A stretch of 64,000 bases of DNA, taken from contig CAVVUN010000001.1 in the NCBI GenBank assembly GCA_963751455.1, positions 480,001 to 544,000 on the forward strand. The letters run 5' to 3'. This stretch comes from Nitrospirota bacterium. GTDB taxonomy: Bacteria > Nitrospirota > UBA9217. The position numbers and the translations under genes are program-made. Below the pieces are notes generated by a model. It was not told where the DNA came from. It saw nothing but the letters and a program-made list of their open reading frames with translations, and searched no databases. Positions 37,158 to 48,253 of this stretch are shown here, one piece after another (the stretch's first letter is position 1; each line of letters opens with the position of its first letter).

Positions 37158-38534
37158 TCATTCAATCCCGAACCGTTTCATTCTTCTTTTAAACGTCTCG
37201 CGGGTCATTTTGAGCAATTGTGCGGCCTTATCGTGATTGCTGCCCGACATTTCAAGCGCTTTTCTAATCAGCGCATGCTCCACCTGCTCAAGAGAAATTC
37301 CGGTTTCCGGGATGACAAATCCTTCGAGGGAGGCCGGTTTCACGGGATCCACACTCAGGGACGTTCCGTCCAGGATGTCCTGTGACAGGTGTTCCGGAAG
37401 AATTTCAGATTCGATATCCAGTATCATGGCCCGTTCAATCACATTTTTCAGCTGTCGCACGTTTCCCGGCCAGGAATAGGAAGCAAGAACCCTCTCCGCT
37501 TCCTTTGATATCGCCTTCACGTTCTTGTGGCATTCGCGATTAAAGTGGTCCATGAAATGTCTTGCCAGCGGAAGAATATCCTCTTCCCGCTCTCGAAGCG
37601 GCGGCATGGTGATCGGCACTACCTGGAGCCGGTAATAAAGGTCTTTTCTGAACCGACCCTCGTTCATGGCTTTCGACAGTTCCTGGTTGGTCGCAGAGAT
37701 GATCCGTACATCGACCCTGATGTCCTTTACGCCCCCGACGCGTTTAAAGCTTTTCTCCTCGATCAGACGAAGCAGCTTGGCCTGCATGTTCAGGGGCATG
37801 TCGCCGATCTCGTCAAGGAACACGCTGCCGCCGTTGGCGAGTTCGAAAAGTCCCTTCTTTGCGGTCTTTGCGTCCGTAAACGCGCCTTTTTCATGCCCCA
37901 TCAGTTCGCTTTCAAGCAGGTTGATCGGGACTGCAGCGCAGTTGATCGCCATGAACGGTTTATCGGACCTGGCGCTGGAGTAATGAAGCGCCTTGGCAAC
38001 CAGTTCCTTGCCTGTTCCGCTCTCTCCCTGGATGAGTACGGTCGCGGTATCGCTTTCGGCCAGTTTCCGCACCAGCTCCTTTACCTTGATCATTTGGGCG
38101 GAATCGCCGAGGAGCGAATCCGGTTTTCCCCGGGACTCCTGCCGCAGGTGCTTCACGTGGCTGCGAAGAGCTCCCGTTTCGAGCGCTTTTTTTATGATAA
38201 AGCTGATTTCATCCAGGTTGAACGGTTTGCTGATATAATCGTAAGCTCCCAGTTTCATCGCCTTTACGGCCGTTTCGACCAGTCCGTAGGCCGTAACGAT
38301 GATGACCATGAGGCCGTTCTCGCGGACCTTCAGCTTTTCGAGCAAGTCAAGTCCCGTCATGTCCGGAAGACGATTGTCGAGGAGGACCAAATCAGGAATT
38401 TCCCCGGCAATGAGTTCGAGTCCCTTCTCGGCGGATTCCGCTGTGGCCACGTCGTACCCTTCTTTCATGAGGTGCTGTTCAAGGGTCCAGCGGATCAGTT
38501 TCTCATCATCGATCACGAGGATCTTCCGGGTCAC
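37158..38534 (-). CDS. Sigma54-dependent NtrC-type response regulator
   Basis: Receiver domain, GESGTGKE, GAFTDA, WPGNVRQL, C-terminal HTH. Confidence 0.95.
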   Translation of the reverse strand: MTRKILVIDDEKLIRWTLEQHLMKEGYDVATAESAEKGLELIAGEIPDLVLLDNRLPDMTGLDLLEKLKVRENGLMVIIVTAYGLVETAVKAMKLGAYDYISKPFNLDEISFIIKKALETGALRSHVKHLRQESRGKPDSLLGDSAQMIKVKELVRKLAESDTATVLIQGESGTGKELVAKALHYSSARSDKPFMAINCAAVPINLLESELMGHEKGAFTDAKTAKKGLFELANGGSVFLDEIGDMPLNMQAKLLRLIEEKSFKRVGGVKDIRVDVRIISATNQELSKAMNEGRFRKDLYYRLQVVPITMPPLREREEDILPLARHFMDHFNRECHKNVKAISKEAERVLASYSWPGNVRQLKNVIERAMILDIESEILPEHLSQDILDGTSLSVDPVKPASLEGFVIPETGISLEQVEHALIRKALEMSGSNHDKAAQLLKMTRETFKRRMKRFGIE

Positions 38535-40021
38535 GCTTGAGCTCCCCGTATAACCAGGATGTCGGGACAGGGCAGGCTGATCGTAAAACAGGCGCCTTGC
38601 CCCTCGTCGCTGGTAACGCTTATTTCTCCGTTATGCTGTTCTACGATGCGCCGGGTAATGGCGAGCCCCAATCCGGTACCGCGTTGTCTTGTGGTAAAAA
38701 AGGGATTAAAGATCTTTTCCATATCTTCCCGTGAAATGCCTTTCCCTGTATCGCTGAACGAGATATCGAGCGTTCGGCCGTCTTCTCCATTTTTGGTCGT
38801 TTTTGTCTCGATCGTCAATTTCCCTCCGTCCTGCATGGCCTGTATGGCGTTCAACACAATATTGATAAGGCCCTGCTGGATCAGATTGGGATCGAGCGTC
38901 AGCGATGGAAGGCCGGGGGTCAGTTTTCGCTCGACCAGAATGGAGTGTTTCGCAAACTGCGTCGACAGGAAGTCGAGAAGCTTTCCGGTCACGTCGTTGA
39001 TGTCTACCAGAGTCAACTTGGGTTCCGGGGGCCGCGCAAAGGACAACAGGTTCCGAACTGCCTTATCCATCCGTTCGACCTGCGCCAGGGCTTCCTCCAG
39101 CACAGCCCTTTTCCGGCTGTCCGAAGGCATATCCTTTTTCATCAGCTGAATAACGCCCGCAATTCCTGTAAGCGGATTCTTTATCTCGTGCGCGATGCCT
39201 GCGGCCATCTCACCGATCGAGGCAAGCCGGTCCGCCCGGCTCATTTGCTCATAATGATACCGCTCCTCCCGCTTGCGGGCCTGTTCCAGCCTTGACAGAA
39301 GAGAGTTGAACGCCAGTCCCAGCAACCCTATATCATCGGAGCTCTTTACGTTGACGCGGGCTTCAAGCCCCTGCTCTGCCCGCTCCATCGTCGTAATCAA
39401 CGCTCGGATGGGATTTGTCACGAAATGCGTCAGGAACAGGGAAAGGGATATGGCAAGCACGGCCGTTATTCCGAAGGCCCAGAGGACCATGGTCTTGGTC
39501 AGATTCCCGAGTTTTTGCCGGGTCTGGGCCATGGAAACGTTCACGGAGAGTATACCGTTCAATTTTATCTTCGAACTGTGACAACGAAAGCAGCGCGCTT
39601 CATTTTCTATGGGGAATAGGACCGAAAATATTCCTTCGTCCCTGCGTTTGATCGGCGTTTTGAAGATGTTGGAACGGAACCACTTCCCGGTGGGCTCGTC
39701 TATTTTCGTTCCTATCATCCATGGTTTCGAGGACTTCAGGATGGTTCCGTCCGGGCTGAAAATCTTCACCTCCCGGATATTATGGTAGCCTCCGACGGCC
39801 ATGAGGATGTCCTGCACCTCCTTGCTCTTGCCGTTGAGCATGGCATCGGAAAGACTTCTTTCTATGGTGTTGGAAATAATAAGAACGTTGTCTTCGAGCG
39901 CCTCTTCCATCTGCAGGCGCTGATGCCCGATGTTGAGCCATGTGCCTAAGCCGATGGTTACCGCCAGGATGGCGGAAACCGATATGATGATCTTGCTTCT
40001 GAGACTCGAAACGATTTTCAA
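38531..40021 (-). CDS. Sensor histidine kinase with periplasmic CxxCH and HAMP domain
   Basis: CFRCH between two TM helices; AHEIKNPL; DTGKG; GTGLGL. Confidence 0.92.
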   Translation of the reverse strand: MKIVSSLRSKIIISVSAILAVTIGLGTWLNIGHQRLQMEEALEDNVLIISNTIERSLSDAMLNGKSKEVQDILMAVGGYHNIREVKIFSPDGTILKSSKPWMIGTKIDEPTGKWFRSNIFKTPIKRRDEGIFSVLFPIENEARCFRCHSSKIKLNGILSVNVSMAQTRQKLGNLTKTMVLWAFGITAVLAISLSLFLTHFVTNPIRALITTMERAEQGLEARVNVKSSDDIGLLGLAFNSLLSRLEQARKREERYHYEQMSRADRLASIGEMAAGIAHEIKNPLTGIAGVIQLMKKDMPSDSRKRAVLEEALAQVERMDKAVRNLLSFARPPEPKLTLVDINDVTGKLLDFLSTQFAKHSILVERKLTPGLPSLTLDPNLIQQGLINIVLNAIQAMQDGGKLTIETKTTKNGEDGRTLDISFSDTGKGISREDMEKIFNPFFTTRQRGTGLGLAITRRIVEQHNGEISVTSDEGQGACFTISLPCPDILVIRGAQA

Positions 40022-40953
40022 CCCGTAATCACCCTGCCGATAAGGCTTTTGATATCGTGTACGTTCTGCTCAACCATGATGCGCTCCATGTCCTGCAGAA
40101 CATCAAGCGTCGCGTGTGGGTTCACAAAATTGGCAGTTCCTACCGCCACAGCGGAGGCGCCGGCCAGAATGAACTCGACAGCGTCTTCCCCGGTCATGAT
40201 TCCCCCCATCCCGATTATGGGGAGAGATACCGCCTTCGCTGCCTGCCATACCATGCGGACCGCGACCGGTCTGATCGCGGGGCCTGACAGTCCGCCGGTG
40301 CAGTTAGCCAGCCTCGGCCGCCTGCAGCGAACATCGATCGCCATGCCGAGAAGAGTATTTATGAGGGAAAGGCCGTCGCATCCCGCTTCCTGCGCAACTT
40401 TTGCAAATTCGGCAATATCGGTGACATTCGGGGAAAGTTTAGCAATGACAGGCAATTTAGTTTTTTTGCGGACTGCCGACAGGAGTTCGAAACACGCTGT
40501 CCGGTTCGTTCCGAATACGATGCCGCCGGCTTTTACATTCGGGCAGGAAATGTTTACCTCGAGGGCGGCGACTCCCGGTACGCCGTCAAGCCTCTCTGTT
40601 ACCCCCACGTAATCTTCAAGACTGTAGCCGAAGATGTTCACGATCACAGCAGTATCGAACTTTCTCAGAAAAGGAAGTTTCTCGTTCAGGAAAACATCTA
40701 CTCCGGGATTTTCGAGTCCGATCGCGTTCAGCATTCCTGAAGGGGTTTCCCAGATCCTGGGCGGAGGATTCCCCTTGATCGGCTTGAGAGAAATTCCCTT
40801 GACGATGACGCCGCCGAGCTTGTTCAGGTCCACGAACTCCGCGTACTCTTCGCCGTAGCCGAAGGTGCCGGACGCAGTGAGGACCGGGTTCTTCAGCTTA
40901 ATGCCGGCGAAATCTATGGAGAGGTCAACCTCTGGTCTTCTCTTATTCGGCAT
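40018..40953 (-). CDS. pyrD: Dihydroorotate dehydrogenase B, catalytic subunit
   Basis: ASGTFGYG, NAIGLENPG, NISCPN, KLSPNVTD, GGLSGPAI. Confidence 0.96.
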   Translation of the reverse strand: MPNKRRPEVDLSIDFAGIKLKNPVLTASGTFGYGEEYAEFVDLNKLGGVIVKGISLKPIKGNPPPRIWETPSGMLNAIGLENPGVDVFLNEKLPFLRKFDTAVIVNIFGYSLEDYVGVTERLDGVPGVAALEVNISCPNVKAGGIVFGTNRTACFELLSAVRKKTKLPVIAKLSPNVTDIAEFAKVAQEAGCDGLSLINTLLGMAIDVRCRRPRLANCTGGLSGPAIRPVAVRMVWQAAKAVSLPIIGMGGIMTGEDAVEFILAGASAVAVGTANFVNPHATLDVLQDMERIMVEQNVHDIKSLIGRVITG

Positions 40954-41099
40954 AATAATAGTTGCAAAAGGTCACGGTTACGAGGCTCGTTTCGTTGTTC
41001 GGTTATGTTGTTCCTGCAGTTTCTATACGTTATTGTTGGACGCTATACGATACGGGCGTCGTCACCACTAGACGAATGACGATCTTTCCCGTTCAAACA

Positions 41100-41948
41100 T
41101 CACTTTTTCACATGCAGAACCGGCAATACCACCCGCTCGCTCCAATCAACATCCCTTGAATCGAACACCGGTCCTTCCTTGCATGCCCGTTTATAACCGC
41201 CCGCCTTCATCGGTATTGAGCAGCCCATGCACGCGCCAAGGCCGCACGCCATGCGCTCCTCCATGGAGACGTAACACGGAATGGCATGATCAAGCGCCAG
41301 TTTACTGACGGCGGCAAGCATTGCATGGGGCCCGCACGCGTAGATCACGAGATGGGCCTTGTTCTCCATCTTCGTAAGGAAAGCGTCCAGTATGTCCGTG
41401 GACATTCCCCGGGTGCCCGCGCTTCCATCCTCGGTCGCGATATGAACTTTAAAGGTATTTTCCCGGAAACTTTTTATTATACTGCTCGGCGGAAGGCATT
41501 CCTTATTTTTCGATCCTGCAAACAGATGGGCTCTCGGGCCTGCGCGTTCAGCGAGAAAATGAAGCGGAGGAAATCCGCTGCCGCCTGCAACAAGTATGGG
41601 CGTCGTGCCCTTGTCCGGAACGGGGAACCCCTGTCCCAGCGGGCCGAGCAGACCGAGGCTGTGTCCGGCTTCCACACCGGAGAGCAGCGCCGTGCCCCTG
41701 CCTGCAACGCGGTAGAATATTTCTATTGTCGATCTGGTTGGAACCGAGGAAACGCCGAAAGGCCGCGCGAGGAGCGGGTCTCTGTTTTCGGAAACCCGCA
41801 GCATTACGAATTGACCCGGAAGCGCTGCGGCAGCTGCTTCCGGTGCTTTCAGTACGAGGCGATGGTAACCCCTTCCAGCGGATTCATGCAGAACAATCTT
41901 TGCCGAGTGCAACCTATTCGACGGCAATCTGGATCTCCTGGATCTCAT
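41100..41948 (-). CDS. pyrK: Dihydroorotate dehydrogenase electron-transfer subunit (start uncertain)
   Basis: PGQFVM, RPF, GPLG.GF, ACGP, MACGLGACMGC, CKEGPVF. Confidence 0.92.
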   Translation of the reverse strand: MRSRRSRLPSNRLHSAKIVLHESAGRGYHRLVLKAPEAAAAALPGQFVMLRVSENRDPLLARPFGVSSVPTRSTIEIFYRVAGRGTALLSGVEAGHSLGLLGPLGQGFPVPDKGTTPILVAGGSGFPPLHFLAERAGPRAHLFAGSKNKECLPPSSIIKSFRENTFKVHIATEDGSAGTRGMSTDILDAFLTKMENKAHLVIYACGPHAMLAAVSKLALDHAIPCYVSMEERMACGLGACMGCSIPMKAGGYKRACKEGPVFDSRDVDWSERVVLPVLHVKK

Positions 41949-42396
41949 ACTCCACGGTTTTTGCAGGCGTCTTAACGGGCACGATATCGCCGACCTTATG
42001 GCCTATGAGCGCCTTGCCCACGGGGGATTGTATGGAAATTTTCCCCTTCTTGAAATCCGCCTCTTCCTGGCCGACCAGCATGTATTTCTTAATGTCGCCC
42101 GAATCAGTGTCCGCAAGCGTCACGGTCGCCCCAAATACCACTTTCTCGTTCGAAAGTTTGGACACGTCGATGATTTGCGCATGGGCGAGTTTGTGCTCGA
42201 GTTCCCGCTTCTTGGCATCGAGATGGCCCTGCCGCTCCTTGGCCGCATGATACTCGGCGTTTTCGGAAAGGTCGCCGTGCGCGCGCGCTTCTTCGATGTC
42301 CCTGATGTTCTTTCCCCGTTCGACTTTGATGATCTTGTCGAGCTCCTGCTTGAGCTTCTCATAGCCTTCTTTGGTCATTGGAATCTTCTGCGTCAT
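41914..42396 (-). CDS. greA: Transcription elongation factor GreA
   Basis: ARAHGDLSENAEYHAAKE, ISIQSPVGKALIG. Confidence 0.96.
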   Translation of the reverse strand: MTQKIPMTKEGYEKLKQELDKIIKVERGKNIRDIEEARAHGDLSENAEYHAAKERQGHLDAKKRELEHKLAHAQIIDVSKLSNEKVVFGATVTLADTDSGDIKKYMLVGQEEADFKKGKISIQSPVGKALIGHKVGDIVPVKTPAKTVEYEIQEIQIAVE

Positions 42397-42456
42397 GATG
42401 TGAGCTATTTCCTTTCAACGGAACTGAATCGACTATGGCCCCAGCCATACCGCAAA

Positions 42457-45400
42457 TTAGCTGCTGGAAGCCGTCCCATGATACTCCTGTAGTGATTTTA
42501 CCTGTAGATGGTTTCTCTTTATCGCAGCGATGCCGCGCACGGCTGCCTTCGCCGCGGATATTGTCGTAAAATAAGGGATGCCCTTCATAAGCGTCGTGCG
42601 CCTGATCGAGTAGGAGTCCTTTTGGGACTGGGCCCCGTGGACTGTATTAATGACGAAATCGATCTTCATGTCCGTGATCTGGTCGACGATGTGCGGCCGG
42701 CCTTCTGTCACTTTGTTCACGCTTTCAACGATGATTCCCCGCTGTCTCAGATAGTCAGCTGTGCCCTTTGTAGCCACGATCTCGAAGCCGGCCTTCTCGA
42801 GTCCCTGCGCCACTTCGAGCAGCCCGGCCTTGTCCTTGTCCTTGACGCTCAGGAACACCCGCCCGGAAACCGGCATTGGGTTCCCGGCTGCAATCTGTGA
42901 TTTCGCGAAGGACATGCCGAAATCCATGTCGATTCCCATTACTTCGCCGGTCGATTTCATTTCAGGACCAAGCAGCGTGTCAACGCCCGGGAACTTGGCA
43001 AAGGGAAATACCGCTTCCTTTACCGATATATGCTTGGTTGTGACTTCCCTGGTAAAACCAAGTTCTTGAAGCGTTTTCCCTGCCATAACGCGCGCCGCAA
43101 GTTTCGCAAGCGGCACCCCGGTCGCCTTGCTTACGAAAGGCACGGTCCGGGAGGCCCTGGGATTCACTTCGAGAACGTAGACCTGGCCTTCCTTGAACGC
43201 AAACTGTATGTTCATCAGTCCGATGACGCCGAGTTCGAGCGCGAGCGCCCGGGTCTGACGGTCAATCGTCTGGATGACGTCGGCCGGAAGAGAAAACGGA
43301 GGAAGCGAGCAGGCCGAATCGCCCGAATGCACTCCGGCTTCCTCGATGTGCTCCATGATGCCCGCAACAACAACTGTCTTTCCGTCGGATATCGCGTCCA
43401 CATCGATCTCGATCGCGTCTTCGAGATACTTGTCGACGAGTACGGGCCGTTCGGGAGAGGCTTTAACCGCGCGCGTCATGTAATTGCGGACGCTCTCCTC
43501 GTCATAGACAATTTCCATGGCGCGGCCGCCGAGCACGTAGGAAGGACGGACCATGACCGGGTACCCGATCCCGTTCGCGGCCTTGACAGCTTCGTCGCAG
43601 GACACCGCGGTCCCGCTCTCCGCCTGCAGAAGCCCCAGTTTCTCGAGCAGCTCCTTGAACCGCTTCCGGTCCTCGGCCCTGTCAATGCTGTCCGGCGTTG
43701 TTCCCAGGATCTTAACACCCGCCTGCTCCAGCGGGACCGCGAGTTTGAGCGGCGTCTGCCCCCCGAACTGCACGATCACGCCGTCCGGCCTCTCCCGGTG
43801 TATAATATGTAAAACGTCTTCGAGTGTCAAGGGTTCAAAATACAGACGGTCGGAGGTATCGTAGTCCGTGCTGACCGTCTCCGGGTTGCAGTTCACCATG
43901 ATCGTTTCGAACCCGTCTTCTTTGAGCGCGAAGGCGGCATGCACACAGCAGTAGTCGAACTCGATGCCCTGTCCGATCCTGTTCGGTCCGCCCCCAAGGA
44001 TCACGATCTTTTTGCGGTCAGTAGGATTTGCCTCACATTCGGCACGCAGGCTGAAGCCTGCGGCTACCCCTTCACGACTCCCGCCTTCCGCTTTTCCATG
44101 CGCCATGCCCTCCGCAGCATGCTCTAATTTATAGAACGGCTTCTCATACGTGGAATACAGATACGGGGTATGCGCCTCGAATTCGGCCGCGCAGGTGTCC
44201 ACGGTCTTGAACACGGGTATGATGCCCAGTTCATATCGTTTTTTACGCACTGCCTCTTCAGTGGTCGTGAACAGCTTGGCGAGCCTGCGGTCGGAAAAGC
44301 CCTGCTCCTTGGCCCTCCTGAGCATATGGTCCAGGGAAAGCGACTTGTCGGACAGTATCTGCGCTCCGTTTTCCCGAAGCTCCTTTTCACTTTCCGTAAT
44401 CTGTTTGATCTGGTGCAGGAACCAGGGGTCGATCTTCGATAGCCTGAACACCTCCTCGATCGTCATCCCCTCCCTGAACCCGTCGGCGATGTACCATATC
44501 CGCTCCCAGTTAGGAACGCTTATCTTCTGCCGGATATCGTCTATCCGCTGTTCGCCATCGCCGTCCCGGTCCCTCCGCGATTCAAAACCGTAGCGGTCTA
44601 TCTCGAGCGAGCGAAGCGCCTTCTGGAGCGCTTCCTTGAAGGTCCTGCCGATCGACATTGCCTCGCCGACCGACTTCATCTGCGTGGTGAGCGTGGCGTC
44701 CGCCTGCGGAAATTTTTCGAAGGCAAAGCGCGGGAACTTGACGACCACGTAATCGATGGTCGGCTCGAAGGAGGCCGGCGTCGCTTTCGTGATGTCGTTC
44801 GTAATCTCATCAAGCGTAAAGCCGACGGCCAGTTTCGCTGCAATCTTCGCGATCGCGAAGCCGGTTGCTTTGGAGGCGAGCGCCGAGCTGCGGGAAACGC
44901 GCGGGTTCATCTCGATAACGACCATCCTGCCGTTGTCCGGGTTCACGGCGAACTGGATGTTCGATCCCCCGGTGTCCACGCCGATCTCCCGAATGATCCT
45001 GAGAGACGCGTCGCGCATGATCTGGTATTCCTTGTCAGTCAGCGTCTGCGCCGGAGCCACGGTCACGCTGTCGCCGGTATGGACGCCCATCGGGTCGAGA
45101 TTTTCAATAGAGCAGACGATCACCACGTTGTCTTTGGTGTCGCGCATCACCTCGAGCTCGAATTCTTTCCACCCCATGACGGATTCCTCGACCAGGATCT
45201 GCCGGACAGGGCTTGCCTCGAGGCCCCGTGTGATCAGTTCGGTGAACTCCTCGCGGTTGTACGCAATACCGCCGCCTGTACCTCCCAGCGTAAAAGCAGG
45301 CCTGAGGATGGCCGGGAAGCCGACCTTCTCCAGGATTTCATACGCGTGGTCCAGGCTGGTTGCGAAACCGCTTTTCGGCACTTGCAGCCCGATGGTCTCC

Positions 45401-45807
45401 ATTGCCCGCTTGAACAGTTCACGGTCCTCGGCCTTCTTGATTGCCGGAAGCTTGGCCCCGATAAGTTCAACGTTAAATTTTTCGAGTATGCCCATTTCTG
45501 CGAGCGCCACCGCGGTATTGAGGGCAGTCTGTCCGCCCATCGTGGGAAGCACCGCGTCCGGCCGTTCGCGCTCTATGATTTTAGCCACTATCGAGGCAGT
45601 GATCGGTTCGATATAGGTGCGGTCGGCCATTTCCGGGTCGGTCATGATCGTCGCAGGGTTCGAATTCACGAGTACGATCTGGTAGCCCTCTTCCTTGAGC
45701 GCCTTGCACGCCTGCACGCCCGAATAATCGAACTCGCAGGCCTGCCCGATCACGATCGGTCCCGCGCCGATGATCAGGATCTTCTTAATGTCAGTTCTTT
45801 TTGGCAT
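42457..45807 (-). CDS. carB: Carbamoyl-phosphate synthase large subunit with an internal repeat-derived insertion of about 33 aa
   Basis: [29 protein letters not shown]-terminal MGS domain. Confidence 0.98.
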   Translation of the reverse strand: MPKRTDIKKILIIGAGPIVIGQACEFDYSGVQACKALKEEGYQIVLVNSNPATIMTDPEMADRTYIEPITASIVAKIIERERPDAVLPTMGGQTALNTAVALAEMGILEKFNVELIGAKLPAIKKAEDRELFKRAMETIGLQVPKSGFATSLDHAYEILEKVGFPAILRPAFTLGGTGGGIAYNREEFTELITRGLEASPVRQILVEESVMGWKEFELEVMRDTKDNVVIVCSIENLDPMGVHTGDSVTVAPAQTLTDKEYQIMRDASLRIIREIGVDTGGSNIQFAVNPDNGRMVVIEMNPRVSRSSALASKATGFAIAKIAAKLAVGFTLDEITNDITKATPASFEPTIDYVVVKFPRFAFEKFPQADATLTTQMKSVGEAMSIGRTFKEALQKALRSLEIDRYGFESRRDRDGDGEQRIDDIRQKISVPNWERIWYIADGFREGMTIEEVFRLSKIDPWFLHQIKQITESEKELRENGAQILSDKSLSLDHMLRRAKEQGFSDRRLAKLFTTTEEAVRKKRYELGIIPVFKTVDTCAAEFEAHTPYLYSTYEKPFYKLEHAAEGMAHGKAEGGSREGVAAGFSLRAECEANPTDRKKIVILGGGPNRIGQGIEFDYCCVHAAFALKEDGFETIMVNCNPETVSTDYDTSDRLYFEPLTLEDVLHIIHRERPDGVIVQFGGQTPLKLAVPLEQAGVKILGTTPDSIDRAEDRKRFKELLEKLGLLQAESGTAVSCDEAVKAANGIGYPVMVRPSYVLGGRAMEIVYDEESVRNYMTRAVKASPERPVLVDKYLEDAIEIDVDAISDGKTVVVAGIMEHIEEAGVHSGDSACSLPPFSLPADVIQTIDRQTRALALELGVIGLMNIQFAFKEGQVYVLEVNPRASRTVPFVSKATGVPLAKLAARVMAGKTLQELGFTREVTTKHISVKEAVFPFAKFPGVDTLLGPEMKSTGEVMGIDMDFGMSFAKSQIAAGNPMPVSGRVFLSVKDKDKAGLLEVAQGLEKAGFEIVATKGTADYLRQRGIIVESVNKVTEGRPHIVDQITDMKIDFVINTVHGAQSQKDSYSIRRTTLMKGIPYFTTISAAKAAVRGIAAIKRNHLQVKSLQEYHGTASSS

Positions 45808-45874
45808 CTATTCCTTCCTGAAATTTGTTCATCAAATTTGCAATTTGCACTTTGCAATTTAAAATGCTTCAGGC

Positions 45875-46768
45875 TCAAATATCCTGCACCCATCCATTTT
45901 CTAAGCCATATTTCTGCATAGCCTGATAGGCTTCTTCATACTCTTCTTCGGTGACCCTGCGTGAAATTTCTTTCATGTCATTCGCTTTGTAAGCCGGGAA
46001 GTACTGGGACATGAGGCTGATATACACGTCTTTGGAAATTTCTTCAGAAAGAAATTTCATGATCTTTTCGGTGCCGGACAACCCGCTTGGCAGAACCAGG
46101 TGCCGAATAATGAGGCCTTGTTTCGCGACGCCTTCGTAGTCAAGTACGAGATTTCCCACCTGCCGGAACATTTCTTTTATAGCGCTGGTGTTGATCCCGG
46201 GATAATCCGGTGCAATCGAATATTTTTTAGCTGCCGCATCGTCGGAATACCGCATATCGGGAAGATAGATATCCACGATGCCGTCAAGCAGCTGAAGCGC
46301 TTCAATTGATTCGTACCCACTCGTGTTGTAAACGATCGGGAGATTAAAACCGCGCTCCCGTGCAATGCCGAGCGCCTTAAGGATCTGAGGCATGAAGTGG
46401 GTCGGCGTTACAAGGTTCAGGTTGCGGCAGCCCTGCTCCTGCAGCCACAGCATCTGGCAGGCAAGCTCTCCGGGGGTCCGTTCCACGCCGTTTCCCAGCT
46501 GGCTGATCGGGTAGTTCTGGCAATATGCGCACCGGAGATTGCAATTCGTCAAAAAGATCGTGCCGGACCCCCGCGTTCCGGAAATCGGCGGCTCCTCGCC
46601 GTGATGAGGGCTGGCGCTGGATACGATCGGGTTGAGTCCGGACCTGCAGAAACCCAGTTTATCGTTCTTTAACCGGTTCACCCCGCATTCGCGGGGGCAG
46701 ACGCGGCAGGATTCGAGGAGTTTGTAGGCAGCCTCTATCCGGTGCTGTAATTCTGTATCTGAAATCAT
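45875..46768 (-). CDS. Radical SAM protein, PflX/PFL-activase-like
   Basis: CRVCPRECGVNR, CNLRCAYCQN, NLNLVTPTH, IIRHLVLP. Confidence 0.88.
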   Translation of the reverse strand: MISDTELQHRIEAAYKLLESCRVCPRECGVNRLKNDKLGFCRSGLNPIVSSASPHHGEEPPISGTRGSGTIFLTNCNLRCAYCQNYPISQLGNGVERTPGELACQMLWLQEQGCRNLNLVTPTHFMPQILKALGIARERGFNLPIVYNTSGYESIEALQLLDGIVDIYLPDMRYSDDAAAKKYSIAPDYPGINTSAIKEMFRQVGNLVLDYEGVAKQGLIIRHLVLPSGLSGTEKIMKFLSEEISKDVYISLMSQYFPAYKANDMKEISRRVTEEEYEEAYQAMQKYGLENGWVQDI

Positions 46769-46900
46769 TGTTAAAAAATCAAGTAAATAATCTTTTCTTT
46801 GTCCACAGATTACGCAGATTCCACGGATTAAACTGAATTTACGGTTTTAAAATCTGCGCCCATCGGCGTAATCTGCGGATAAATTTTGAAGTGCACAAAA

Positions 46901-48073
46901 TCAATTTACGACTTTCTTCACGTCTTCGCGTCTTCGTGGCGGAATCATATTCTGTTTCTTATGCTTTTCCATCATATCCACAAACCTCTGGAACAGATAC
47001 CTGCTGTCATGCGGCCCCGGCGATGCCTCCGGATGGTACTGGACCGAGAACGCGGGAAGCGTCTTATGCTGTATCCCCTCGCAGGTCTTGTCATTCAGGT
47101 TCATGTGCGTCATGGTTACCTGGTCTTTCACGGTCTCCATGTCGACCGCGAAGCCGTGGTTCTCCGCTGCGATCTCGACCTTGCGCGTGGAGAGGTCCAT
47201 GATCGGCTGGTTTCCGCCGTGATGGCCGAATTTGAGCTTGTATGTCCTGCCTCCCAGGGCAAGGCCGAAAAGCTGCTGCCCGAGACATATCCCGAAGACC
47301 GGCTTTTTTCCGAGGATCTTTTTGATATTCTCGACGGCGTATGTCACCGGCTGGGGATCGCCCGGGCCGTTCGACAGGAACACTCCGTCCGGGTCCATGG
47401 CGAGGACTTCTTCCGCAGGCATGAATGCCGGCACAACCGTTACCTCACAGCCGGCGCTGGTTAAAAGGCGAAGGATATTGCGCTTGATTCCGTAATCGTA
47501 TGCGACAACCCTATTTCGCATTAGTTTCTTTCCGCTGTATCCCGATTCGAGGTCCCAATCGCCTTGCTCCCACACATACGGTTTGCCACAGGTGACGTCT
47601 TTCACGAGATCCAGGCCGCCCATCATCGGCAGCTCTTTTGCCCGGTTCACCAGTTTGTAAAGGTCCGTATCCACGGTCGAGATGATGCCTGGTTGAGCGC
47701 CGCAGTCCCGAAGATGACGGGTAAGGGCGCGCGTATCGATCCCCTGTATGCCCACAATCCGGTTCTCAGCGAGATACTGGTGAAGCGATTTTTTCGCACG
47801 CCAGTTGCTCGGTATATCGAATTGCTCTTTCACGATGAACCCTTCGACGTATGGCCTGGCGGATTCCACGTCTTCTTCGTTTATACCGTAGTTGCCAATC
47901 TGCGTATACGTCATCGTGACAATCTGGCCCTTGTACGACGGGTCAGTCAGTATCTCCTGGTACCCGATCATGCTCGTATTGAAGACCACTTCTCCCGAAG
48001 TCTCGCCCTCAGCCCCGAACGAGTGGCCTTCGAACACCATACCGTCAGCCAGTGCAAGAAACGCTTTTTTCAT
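46901..48073 (-). CDS. carA: Carbamoyl-phosphate synthase small subunit
   Basis: [35 protein letters not shown]. Confidence 0.98.
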   Translation of the reverse strand: MKKAFLALADGMVFEGHSFGAEGETSGEVVFNTSMIGYQEILTDPSYKGQIVTMTYTQIGNYGINEEDVESARPYVEGFIVKEQFDIPSNWRAKKSLHQYLAENRIVGIQGIDTRALTRHLRDCGAQPGIISTVDTDLYKLVNRAKELPMMGGLDLVKDVTCGKPYVWEQGDWDLESGYSGKKLMRNRVVAYDYGIKRNILRLLTSAGCEVTVVPAFMPAEEVLAMDPDGVFLSNGPGDPQPVTYAVENIKKILGKKPVFGICLGQQLFGLALGGRTYKLKFGHHGGNQPIMDLSTRKVEIAAENHGFAVDMETVKDQVTMTHMNLNDKTCEGIQHKTLPAFSVQYHPEASPGPHDSRYLFQRFVDMMEKHKKQNMIPPRRREDVKKVVN

Positions 48074-48090
48074 GTTCCACCTTTATCCTT

Positions 48091-48251
48091 TGGACCAAGG
48101 CAACCGCGTTGCCGTCTTAATAAAACGCCATTACACCCTGCACTCGCACTTGCGCAATGCCTGGACTCATTGTCGTACCATCTCGCTGAGAAACTCGAGA
48201 CGGGAATCAAGTACCTCATAAACGCTGGGCGCAGGCGGATGGCTCGCTCCA
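48091..48251. repeat. TGGA REP doublet with an empty first hairpin and a reversed, itself interrupted micro-insert (48133-48234) in the second hairpin
   Basis: tggaccaaggcaaccgcgttgccg ... gccatt[acaccctgcactcgc...ctcataaacgctgggcgcag]gcggatggctcgctcca. Confidence 0.85.
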
Positions 48252-48253
48252 CA

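Noticed and set aside
40954-41099. Unusual 146-bp pyrK-pyrD spacer and small ORFs
   Set aside because: No repeat, stable hairpin or credible ORF was recognised.
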